Assembly (NCBI RefSeq): GCF_009914755.1
Contig: NC_060947.1
DNA from: the human T2T-CHM13v2.0 reference genome, Homo sapiens
Direction: 5' to 3' (one strand)
DNA: 64,000 nt
The notes beneath the pieces are model-generated. The model was not told the DNA's origin and made no database searches. It worked only from the letters and a program-made list of their open reading frames with translations. This document shows, piece after piece, positions 43,914-64,000 of the stretch. How positions within the stretch are numbered: position 1 is the stretch's first letter; each line of letters opens with the position of its first letter. The translations under genes were made by a program, and so were the position numbers.

Positions 43914-44576
43914 TGCATTGGCCAATATGGTAGCTACTAGTCATATGTGCCTATTCAGCACTTGAAATGTGTCTAGTGCAACCGAGGAACTGAATTCTTA
44001 ATTAAATTTAAGTTTTAAAACTGAAGCAGTATAAACATTTTTCTGTTAGACACAACTCTATTGTTTCAGCAGGACTAAATTTCACTTTAGCCATTGAAAA
44101 TTTAGTATCTAAATTGAGATGTGCTATGAAAGTAAAATATAAACCTTAATACAAAAAGTTTTCAGAGGCTTAATACAAAAAAATTAAATATCTGATTAGT
44201 ATTTTAATATTGATTACATGTTGAATAATGTTTTCAATAGATTCGGTCAAAGAAAATATTCAAATTAATTTTATCAGTTTCTTCTTACTTTTTTAATGTG
44301 GCTACTAAAAAAATCTGAAATAAAGGCAGGACACAGTGGTTCATGCCTGTAATCCCAACACATTAGGAGGCCAAGGCGGAAGGATCACTGTGACCAGGAA
44401 TTTGAGGCTTCAGTGAGCTATGATCCCACCGCTGCACTCCAGCCTGGGTGACAGAGTGAGACCCTATCTCTTTAAAAAAGAAGAAAAGTAAAGAAAATTT
44501 AAAATTAAACATATGGCTCTTTTAAAAAATAAAATTACATATAAACTCTCATTATATTTCTATTGGACAATGCCAA
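43914..44576. mobile_element. hAT-Charlie1-derived non-autonomous DNA transposon (MER33/MER3/Charlie1a-like)
   Basis: Terminal inverted repeats gcattggccaata ... tattggacaatgc; internal agcacttgaaatgtg.ctagtg and aattgagatgtgct motifs. Confidence 0.8.
44327..44490 (+). mobile_element. Monomeric Alu (FRAM-like, or AluJ with arm-to-arm deletion) inside the Charlie element
   Basis: gcctgtaatccca..ggaggccaagg..cagtgagctatgatc..gcactccagcctgggtgacagagtgagaccc plus A-rich tail; single arm only. Confidence 0.85.
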
Positions 44577-47500
44577 TCTGGACATTACATCACTTCCTGA
44601 GACTACTCTGTATGAAAATGAGCTATGCCTTCTGTGCTGTATACTAACTGATTATGTTTAGGGTATAATAGTCTGTGTATTATAAAGGACTGCATCATAA
44701 TTTCAGGAATTCAGTATTTTGTCATGAATTTCAGCAGTTCACTATGAAAGTAGAAGTGAATTTTACCTGCATCTGTCTCAGTTGGAGCTGGGAAGAGTAA
44801 GGTGGTGAAAAGTCCAGTATTCCTGGATCTGTGTGAGATTGCCTCATTGAGGCATCTTACTCATAATCTCTTCTGTCACTAAAGAGAATCATGAGCCAAG
44901 TGATAGCGTGAGAACCCCTACAACAGTCTTTCCATTTTGTAGTTTCCCTGTCCACTAAAAGAGAGAACTCTAGAAGGAATGGAACAAAAATAAAGGGTAA
45001 AACATTAAAGGAGTGTAAATAACTCTCCAGGAATTACACTGTATTTGATGGTGAATTTGATAGGAGTCCCACATTGTCACCTAGGATAATTTCTCCCTCT
45101 TGTTAATTGCTGACATTTAAAGACATACAGAACTCTTTTAACTTTTTATTTTTCTAAAGACAATATCCTAATTCGGTATTTTAAAACAAAGCACACAGAG
45201 ATACCTAACAGCACCAACAATTTCTGAATCCCTTAAGACCATCCATTCTATTTGTTTACTAAGCTATCAATCAGCACTTATGTATTGAATACCTAATATA
45301 TGAGGTATTGTGAATTATTACACCTAAAGTATAACTCATTAATCCATACCAAATTTTTTTGAGTATCAATTATGTAACAGGTATTGTCTTTATGTTTAAA
45401 GATATGATCTATATGGGAAACTATTAAAACCAGTATATAACAAAGCTTTAAGAGGTACATTATAGGTTTATCAGAATAAGAAGTACCATTTTCTGTAAGT
45501 GAGCATAAATTTTGATGATGGGAAACCAATATGCACAATATCATGAAATATTGTATTTCATCAGAAACTAAAATTTTGTTTAAAGTATAAGTATTGCAAC
45601 AAAAGTATTCTAAGCTAAAACTTTGACAGGTTTCTGAGAAGTAGATTTGATAAACTATAGCAAAATATGAAAATCAATTATGAAACAGACTTTGTTTTTT
45701 ATTTATTTTTAGATTACAACTTTTGGCTTGATGAATCTTATACCTATAAGTGATCCTGGGGATTGTGTACTTATCTCCCTCATTTTATGAATGAGGAAAG
45801 GTATTAAGCCTACACTTTGTGTGTAAATTTCTTTTCTTCTTATTATAAGACATTATTGCAAAATTTAATTCTGTGGAAAAATAATGACATTATTTCAAAG
45901 ATAAATGTATTATATTGACACACTAGGTGGAAGGAATGAACTAGTAATTAATTTCATGTAACATTTGGGACTGAAAGTTAGAGTTAAATATGGAGGAACC
46001 TAAAAGTTCACCAGTGCTCAGGGGTGGAGGTTCTGGTAAACAAGTAAGTGTTTTGATTTCTGGTAAAAAATAGTAGCTTAACATTTTTGACAATTAGGGA
46101 AAATTCTGTTTCAAAATAGCAAAATAAAGCTTTCTTTAATGCTAAGAATTTTTTAACCTTCAAGATGTAAAACACTCACAAAGGGTAAAAAACAAACATT
46201 TTCCTTATAGCATAATAGCAAAAGAAAGTGATTTATTTTAAACAAGACTAACCTCTCTCTTCTGTTTACAGTACAGCATAGAAGCTAACTTCAGAATTTT
46301 CTCCCTTCAAATGACAGAAGGAAACTGTCCACTTGTCTGCTTAGAAATTTTCCAGAACAGAGAACCCTAGTGAAGGAGCAGCAGCAGTTCATCCCTAGCT
46401 AGTTTCAACTTTAGTGCTGCCTTAGTGAGTCCTTTCCTGTCCAAAGTGCCAACATTAGCTAGTTAACACCAACTACGGTCAACTTTTAGTACTTGCTATG
46501 TGTAAGAAAATTGAGCATTTTCTCCTTCAATTCACATATGATTGTGGGCTTCCTGGTGCTAATTATTAATTATCTCATTATAATTTTAACAATAATTTAA
46601 TCAGTTGGCATGTCTTATGATAATAATTACACTTTAATATTTTATCTTCATTTAAAAATTGTTTTGACTAAATAAAATTTTGCTTGAGATAGGGGTACAT
46701 TTTTCTACACTATTTGAATATCTCTCAATCATCTCTGTATTTTGGAAGCAATACAATTTAGAGCTCTGTTAACATTTATTTAGATAAATGTTTAGAATTA
46801 TAGCCTTAGAATGTTGGCTACTTTGAAAATGGAGAAAGGCAAGTATCCCCCACGTTCATAGATCAGTGATAAAGTCTCTGGAAAAAATTTGGGGAGTGAG
46901 ACATTAAGTAGGTCTTAGAGTTAAGATCAAATTCACAAGAAAAAAGCTATTTGATTCTGTTGTTTAAAAGTATTCATTTATATTTATCAAATTTGCTGCT
47001 GAGTATAATCTTATATATCATATAAACTTATAGAAGCCTATTTTTAAAACTCCGTTTAAAGTATTATGTCATTAATTGGTACTTTAAAAAATAGGCTAAC
47101 TGATATTATATTTTATTTTTACAAAGGGCATCTGATAGCATTTAGACTTTGAAATTTGAATACAAAATATATACAGTCCTTAAATATAACATTTCATAAT
47201 ATTTGTAAGGTAGTTCTGACTATGATTCATAATAGATTCTTTTGCAACAACAACAAAAATATTTTACAAAGGTAAAATGTTATGTGCATCCACAGCCAAC
47301 ATTACATTTACTTTCCACTCATATATTCATAATAAGACAATAGTAAAAAGCATTGAGAATTATTCTCAAAGATAGAAAACAGGATATACCATGGCTAAAA
47401 AACATAAGAAGGATTTTACAATAGAGCCACATACTTTTTACTTTCTCGAAAGCCTTTGATCAACAGCATCTGGAAACAAAGATGAGAGGCACGTGTTCAA

Positions 47501-47855
47501 TATTCTCCAGTATTTTCCAATTATACTGAGCAATATAAAGACATCAAATAAACATTATTACAATATTCAATGATTGTCTAATACAAACTACATGAAGAAT
47601 CATCGAGGGTACATAATACCCAGTGAAGAGAGAAATTTCCTTAATTGACATCCTGCATATGAAATGTCAAAAGTGGTCAAATTAAATGTTATTTTATTTG
47701 ACACTGAGAGTAGATGGTGCTTTCCACAAAGAAATACTCTTTAAAGGTGTTTTCTTTTCCACTTACAGTGAATATTTGATTCAGATAATGAAAATCGCTA
47801 ATTCACTCTCTTAAAATTTCTACCTGTCCTCTTTATTGTTGTTATTATTATTATT

Positions 47856-48369
47856 TGTTGGGAAAGGCAGTCTCATGTCTGCAGTTTTTGGTTCCCACTT
47901 AGCCACATATTTATGGACCTTGGGCCTGGAACACTCCCTAACCAAGAGATAAAATGCCCATATGACTGTGCTGGACATACCACCTCGTGCAAGAGTATCT
48001 TTCCCTGGTGCAAGCTAAATGCGTGCCTATTTTTCTGCTTAACCATGTGGGTTACATGGCACCTGGCAAACCCCACTGCCATACCTTGCCTCCCTAGGGA
48101 AGGGTTAGGATCCTTTCTCTGCAGCAGGAGAGGGGTGTGCCACAGGCAAATTTCCCTGTTGGCTGCCAAAAGAAATCATCTAGCCACGGGAAATCAATGC
48201 ACACTATTGAAGCTTATCATGCACTCTTTATGTAGTAAAGCTTTGCTCCATCCATTGCTTAACTGTGTTGTGGGGTTTTTTGGTGACTCCAATACCCAGA
48301 TGCAGTGGGCAGAAGGGTTTGGAGTCCTCCCCTGGAATTGGTAACTGGTGCATGGTATTCTGCTTGATA
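47856..48369 (+). mobile_element. ERVL-class solo LTR (LTR40-like), 514 bp
   Basis: GC-richer block starting TGTTGGGAAAGGCAGTCTCATG, AGTAAA signal, TTATT on both sides; family name from memory. Confidence 0.7.
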
Positions 48370-48374
48370 TTATT

Positions 48375-48946
48375 ATTATTTGTAATAATTTCCATCTGAA
48401 CTCATTTCCTCAATGTTGTGAGATTTATTCATGTTCATTGAGTGTAGCAGTTCATTTATTTGAATTTCTCTATAGAATCACATGATATTCATTCACATGT
48501 TAATGAGTATTTGCATTGTTTCTTGATTTTGGCTGCAACAGATAACATTATTTTAGTTAACATATATTTTAGTGCATTTTCATATGGATTTCTATGGGTC
48601 AATACCTAGAAGAATGGAAAGGTTATATAGTAGCATGTGTAATGGTTCCACTTGCTCCATGTCTTTTCCAAAATTGGCATTTTCATCTTTTCAATTTTAG
48701 CCATTACTATTGGTTTTCTAATAGTATTTCATTGTAGTTTTAAATGTACATTTCTATGATTACTAATGGGCTTGAGAATCTTTTCATGTTTGTTGGATAT
48801 TTGGATATCTTATTTTGGAAGTCTTGTGTTATTTAAGTGGGTGAGGGCTTTGTCTTTTTCTTGATTGATTTTTAGGGGTTCTTTATATATTCAAGGTAAA
48901 AGCATTTATTAGACACATATGAACAAATATTATCCTACTCCTTTTA
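48375..48946 (-). mobile_element. Old L1M fragment (host of the 48947-53043 insertion)
   Basis: Reverse-complement L1M 3' motifs (ttcaattttagccatt, tttcattgtagttttaa); resumes at 53060. Confidence 0.75.
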
Positions 48947-51900
48947 TTTTTTTAAATTAAGTTCCAAGGTACACGTGCAGGATGTGCCAATTTGTTACAC
49001 AGATAAACGTGTGCCATGGTGGTTTGCTGCACCTATCAACCCATCACCTAGGTATTAAGCCCGGCATGCATTAGCTATTTCTCCTGATGCTCTCCCCACA
49101 ACTGTCCTCCCCTGACAGGCCCCAGTGTATGGTATTCCCTTCCCTGTGTCCATGGGTTCTCATTGTTCAGCTACTACTTATAAGTGAGAACGTGGTGTTT
49201 CAATTTCTGTCCCTGCGTTAGTTTGTTAAGGATAATTGCTTACAGCTTCATCCATGTCCCTGCAAAGGACATGATCTTGCTCTTTTTTTATGGCAACATA
49301 GTATTCCATGCTGTACATGTGCCACATTTTTCTTAATCCAGCCTATCACTGATAGGCACTTGGGTTGATTCCATGTCTTTGCTATTGTGAATACTGCTGC
49401 AATGAATATACACGTCCATATATTTTTATAATAGAATTATTTATATTCCTTTGGGTATATATGCAGTAATAGGATTGGTGGGTCAGATGGTATTTCCAGT
49501 TCTAAATCTTTGAGGAATCACCACACTGTTTCCTACAATGGTTGACCTAATTTACATTCCCACCAATAGTGTAAAAGTGTTCATTTTTATCTGCAACCTT
49601 GCCAGCATCTGTTGTTTCTTGACTTCTTAATAATCGCTATTCTGACTGGTGTGAGATGGTATCTCATTGTGTTTTTCATTTGCTTTAGCTGAGTCCCAGA
49701 GATTCTGGTATGTTGCATCTTTGTTTTCATTCGTTTCAAAGAATTTCTTGATTTCTGCCTTAATTTCATTATTTACCCAGAAGTCATTCAGGACTAGGTT
49801 GTTCAATTTCCATGTAGTTGTGTGGTTGTGAATGAGTTTCTTAATCTTGAATTCTAATTTGATTGCCCTGTGGTTTGGGAGACTGTTTGTTATGATTTCA
49901 TTTCTTTTGCATTTGCTGAGGAGTGTTTTACTTCCAATTATGTGATCATTTTTGGAGTTAAGTGCCCTCTGGCACCAAGAAAAATGTATATTCTGTTGTT
50001 TTTGGGTGGAGAGTTCCGTAGAAATTTAACAGGTCCACTTGATCTAGAGCTGAGTTCAAGTCCTAAATATCTGTGTCAATTTTCTGTCTCAATGATCTAA
50101 TACTGACAGTGGGGTATTAAAATTTCCCACTCTTATTGTGTGGGAGTCTAAGTCTCTTTATATGCCTTTAAGAACTTGTTTTATGAATCTTGGTGCTCCT
50201 GTATTGAGTGCATATATATTTAGGATAGTTAGCTCTTCTTGTTGAATTGAACCCTTTACCACTGTGTAATGCCCTTCTTTATCTCTTTTGACCTTTGTTG
50301 ATTTAAAGCCTATTTTGTCAGAAACCAGGATTGCAACCCCTGCTTTTTTCTGCTTTCCACTTGCTTGATAATTTTTTCTTTATCCCTTTATTTTGAGCCT
50401 ATGTGTGTCTTTGTAGCTGACATGTTTCTTTTGAATACAACACACTTATGGGTCTTGTTTTTTAATCCAGCTGGCCATCCTGTATTTTTAAATTGGGGCA
50501 TTCAACCCATTTACATTTAAGATTAATACTGTAATGTGTGAATTTGATCCTCTCATCATGATGTTGGCTGGTTAATTTTGCAGACTTGTTAATATAGTTG
50601 CTTCATAATGTTGTTGGTCTGAGCACATCATTGTGTTTTTGTGGTGGCTGGTAATGGTTTTTCCTTTCCATGTTTAGTGCTTCCTTCAGGAGCTCTTGTA
50701 AGGTAGGCCTGATAGTGATGAATTCCCTCAGCATTTGCTTGTACAAAAAGGATTTTATTTCTCTTTCACTTATTAAGTGAAAAGAGAAATAAATTATGAA
50801 GTGAAAAAAGAAATATCACTTGGCCGGATATGAAATTCTGGGTTGACGATTCTTTTATTTAAGAATCTTGAATATTAGCCCTCAATCTCTTCTTGCTTGT
50901 AGGGTTTCTACCAAGATTCCCGCTGTTAGTCTGATGGGCTTCCCTTTGTAGGTGACCTGGCCTTTCTCTCTGGTTGCCCTTAACATTTTTCCCTTCATTT
51001 TGACCTTGGAGAATCTGATTATTTTGTGTCCTGGGGTTGATCTTCTCATGGAGTATCTTATTGGGGTCCTCTGGATTTCCTGAATTTGAATGTTGGCCTG
51101 CCTCGCTAGGTTGGGGATGTTATCCTGCATGATATCCTGAAGCGTGTTTTCCAACTTGGTTCTATTCTCCCCGTCTTTTTCAGGTACTCCAATCAGTCAT
51201 AGATTCAGTCTTTTTATGTAGTCCCATAGTTCTCAGAGCTTTTGTTTGTACTGTTTCATTCTTTTTTCTTTAATCTTGCCTGCCTGCCTTAATTCAGCAA
51301 GACAGTCTTCAAGCTCTGATAGTCTTTCTTCTGCTTGGTCATTTCAGCTATTTTTCATGTGTATGCATCATAAAGTTCTCTTGTGTTTTCCAGCTCCATC
51401 AGGTCATTTATGCTCCTCTGTAAACTGGTTATTCTAGTTAACCAATCCTGTAATCTTTTATCATTGTTCTTAGCTTCTTTGCATTGGGTTAGAACATAAT
51501 CCTTTGGTTCAGTGAAGTTCATTATTACCCACTTTCTGAAGCCTACTTCTGTCAGTTCATCCATCTCAACTTCAGCCCAGTTCTGTGCCCCTCCTGGAGA
51601 GGTGTCGTCATCATTTGGAGGAGAAGAGGCATTCTGGCTTTAGGAATTTTCAGCATTTTTGCATTGGTTTTTCCTCATATTTGTGGATTTATCTGCCTTT
51701 GATCTTTGAGGCTGTTTACCTTTGGATGGGGTTTTTGTGGGGTCTTTTTTGTTGATGTTGTTGTTGTCGTTTTCTGTTTATTTGTTTTCCTGTTACCAGT
51801 CAGGTCCCTCTTCTGCAGGTCTGCTGCAGTTTGCTGGGGGTCCACTCTAGACCCTGTTCACCTGGTTATCACCAGTGGAGGCTGCAGAACAACAAAGATT

Positions 51901-53043
51901 GCTGCCTGCTCCTTCCTCTGGAAGCTTCATCCCAGAAGGGTACCAACCTGATGCCAGTCAGAACTCTCCTTTATGAGGTGTCTCATGACCCCTGTTGGGA
52001 GGTCTCACCTAGTCAGGAAGCACAGGATTAGGGGCCCACTTAAGGAAGCAATCTGACCCTTAGTGGAGCTGGTGTACAGGAATACCCCTCCATCGGATCT
52101 CGCAGACTCTTCAGAGCCAGCAGGCAGGAAGGATTAAGTCCACTCAAACTGAGACCACAGCCGCCCCTCCTCCCAAGTGCTCTGTCCCTGGGAGATTAGA
52201 GTTCTGTCTGTAAACCCCTGGCTGGAGTTGCTAAAATTCCTGCTGGGTGGCCCTGCCCAGTGAGGAGGGATACATCTGGGTCCCACTTAAAGAAACAGTC
52301 TGGCCATGATCTGCCACAGCAGCTGTGCTGCGCTGTGGGGAATTCTGCCCAGTCTTCCTAGCACTGGCAGGGAAAAAACTGCTGACTAGAGCCACAGTAA
52401 TGGTGGTCGCCCCTCCCCTCGGGAACTTGGTCATCTTAGGCAGACTCCAGCCTGCTGTGCTGGGCAGCGAGGATTCCAAGCTAATGGATCTTCGTTTGCG
52501 GGGTTCTGTGTTATTGGGACACACTGAGAGAGGCTGCTTGGCTCCCTGGCTTCAGCTCCCTTTCCGCGGGAGTGAATGGATCTCCTGCCTCACTGGAGTT
52601 CCAGGAGCCACTGGGGTATGCAAAAACTCCTGCAGCTCAGTGCCTACCCGAGCAGCTGCCAGCCCCTGCAGCTGCCATGGGTCTGCACAGCTTTGTGCTT
52701 GGGACCCAAGGCCTTGGTGCTGTGGGCTCACAGGAGAATATCCTGATCTGCGGGTTGCAAAAATCTGTGGGAAAGGCGTTCTTCGGGCGAGTAGCACAAT
52801 CCCTCCCCCGCCTCCCTTGGCTAAGGGAGGGAAGTCCCTTTGCCCCGTGCAGTTCCTAGGTGAACCATCACCCCACCCTGCTTTTCCTTGCTCTTTATGG
52901 GTCGCACCAACTGCCTAGTCAGTCCCAATGAGAGGATCTGGCTACCACAGCTGGAAATGCAGAATTCATTCACTGTTTACGATCATCTAGCTAGGAGCTG
53001 CAGACCAGAGGTGTTTCTACTCGGCCATATTGTTCCCTCCCTC
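48947..53043 (-). mobile_element. L1PA8-PA10-like LINE-1 with both ends intact and an approx. 2.5 kb internal ORF2 deletion
   Basis: TSD TATCCTACTCCTTTTA at 48931-48946 and 53044-53059; long GC-rich 5'UTR at about 51700-53043; ORF1 pieces 50882-51564; EN region joined to the ORF2 C-terminus at about 49682. Confidence 0.92.
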
Positions 53044-53059
53044 TATCCTACTCCTTTTA

Positions 53060-53700
53060 CTCTTGTAAAATGGTGGCTTTTGATAAAAAGTTTTAATTTT
53101 AATGTACTCCAGTTTTACAGTGTTTTTTTTTTTTTTTTGGTTTGTGCTTTTTGTGCCTTTAAAAACAATGTTGCTAATCCAAAGACTATACAGATATTTT
53201 CCTGTCGCTGCTTTTTAGAAACTTTTCTTTTTTCATTTCTATTCATAATCCACCTGGAATTAATTTTCATAAATGGCATGAGGTAGGCTGTTACACCGTT
53301 TTTTCACCATTTAGATATCTGGCTTACCCAGCCCCATTTATTAAAAAACACTACTGTGGCCTGATTGTTCTGCCATGATCACTCTATTATAAATCAAGTG
53401 TCAATATATGTTTAAGTCTGCTTCATTGCTCTCTATTTTGTTCTCTGTCCTTGCACCAGTACCACACAGTTTTAAATACGTTAGTAAAATTTTGATATTT
53501 GGTAGTATAAATTCCCTAACTCTCTTCTATAAGATCTTCTTGACCATTATTGACTCTTTCTTTTTTCATATACGATTAGAATAAACTTATTCATTTCAAT
53601 GACAAAACTACTTGAATTTTATTTGAGATTCAGTATTGAGTCTTCTAATCTATGAACATAGTATATTCCCTCCATTTAGCTATTTCTTCATTTTCCTCAA
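53060..53700 (-). mobile_element. Continuation of the old L1M host
   Basis: aagttttaattttaatg, ccacctggaattaatttt, ccatttattaaa, ccagtaccacac, ctatgaacatagtatat motifs. Confidence 0.75.
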
Positions 53701-53972
53701 TGTGTGTGTGTGTGTATATATATAGTTTATATATATAGTTTATATATAGTTTATATATATAGTTTATATATATATAGTTTATATATATATAGTTTATATA
53801 TATATAGTTTATATATATATAGTTTATATATATATAGTTTATATATATATAGTTTATATATATAGTTTATATATATAGTTTATATATATATAGTTTATAT
53901 ATATAGTTTATATATATAGTTTATATATATATAGTTTATATATATAGTTTATATATAGTATATATATAGTTT
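53701..53972. repeat. (TG)n followed by an AT-rich (TA)nGTT tandem array
   Basis: Repeating atagtttatatatat units of variable length. Confidence 0.95.
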
Positions 53973-54579
53973 TATCTGTGGAGATTTGCACAAATCTGAA
54001 TCATTTTAAAACCTTTGTTCTCATACTACAGTATAATGTTTAGCCCTGACACATATCACTATAGACTCTTTTCATTCCTTCTTTTTTTGTTGTTCTTTAA
54101 TTCAAGTTCTTGACCTTCAAGACAATTTGTGAAATGATGCTTACTGGTGTTTTGGTTATACATTAGATTACTTCTAATGTTTTGGTTACATGTTGAATAA
54201 CAATAAACACTTTGCTTATTTTTCTGGATATATCTGAACAGTTAATGTATTTGTGTATCCAACTCAGATATTTTGTGAACATTATTTTGATATAATATTG
54301 ATACTTTTAATAAATATATCTAATACTTATTTTTCTTTTCTATGGAATATAATGGTGGACAAAGTAAGTTCTCTAAATTTGTAGATGATATTAAATAAGA
54401 CACTTTAATTCCTTTTCACTTGAAATTTGTATATGCTACATGAAGGAAAACATGATCTTGAAAGTATGAGCAAATATTTTGGCAAAATTATTCTGTCTCT
54501 CTAACAATTTCTTAAAATGAGAAGACTATTTATATTGTGAAGTTTTTTTTTTAGGTGAATCTTACAGATTATACTTATA

Positions 54580-59762
<5,183 letters not shown>

Positions 59763-59769
59763 GTAGTCT

Positions 59770-60125
59770 CTAGTCTTTTTCTTTTTTCACCAGTTATTTT
59801 ACAAAGACTTTGATTGGAAAGGCATGTTTTAAGATATGACCAGACTGTTTTGAAGAATTAAGGTTTACTTTATAGAGCTGATAAAAGGCTCTTTGGAAAA
59901 ACTGGCCTAATACTTTGCCTACATGGTTCCCTTACAAGGTTTCTGGCCTTGTGTTAAGTAAAAAATGTCCTTTTTTTGACAGTCTTATGAATTCCAATAT
60001 ATTTTGGGACTTGAAAAGAGAGCAATTCACCCAATTTACACAGGTGCTATAGACAGTCTGGTGGCAAATGTTTGGCTTGGCTTCCCACACTCAAAGCTTT
60101 TAAAAGTCAAATCTGAGATTCCATA
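59770..60125. mobile_element. Fragment resembling MER4-group (ERV1) internal sequence
   Basis: ttggaaaaactggcct, attttgggac..aagagag.aattcacccaa, aaaagtcaaatctgagattcc recalled from MER4-int-type consensus. Confidence 0.5.
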
Positions 60126-60127
60126 TA

Positions 60128-64000
<3,873 letters not shown>

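Noticed and set aside
47913-48344. 143-aa ATG-initiated ORF
   Set aside because: Entirely within a solo LTR; no domain or coding-like composition
49670-49700. ORF2 deletion as a splicing event
   Set aside because: A GT follows the left breakpoint, but no register gives an AG at the right one; GCA microhomology explains it
52325-52918. 197-aa ORF
   Set aside because: Lies antisense within a GC-rich L1 5'UTR, starts at a non-ATG codon and resembles no protein I recognise

Overview
Primate (apparently human) genomic DNA, most consistent with the X-linked ZXDB locus. The only protein-coding gene is the intronless ZXDB: ATG 36858 to stop 39269, 803 aa, ten C2H2 fingers, a CpG island and an approx. 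3 kb 3'UTR. Roughly 55% of the window (my estimate) is LINE-1, arranged as nested, inverted, deleted and spliced L1PA/L1PB/L1M copies, none with intact ORFs. There is also an approx. 10 kb ancient class III (ERVL/HERV-S-like) provirus on the minus strand (18701-28768). It retains both LTRs, a tRNA-Ser(GCU) PBS, a PPT, decayed gag-pol and a decayed env with an immunosuppressive-domain-like motif. Alus, MIRs, L2, a hAT-Charlie fossil, solo LTRs and microsatellites fill the rest. I see no evidence of a wholly new biological system. The best second-look items are the env-bearing Ser-PBS class III provirus, a spliced L1 integrant (SpIRE97/976 type), a splice-donor-like stop suggesting ZXDB came from an intron-read-through ZXDC transcript, an L1-derived splice acceptor just upstream of the ZXDB ATG, a 72-nt decayed tRNA-Val, and several fold-back templated-insertion scars. 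Repeat subfamily names are from memory of consensus sequences and need RepeatMasker/Dfam confirmation.
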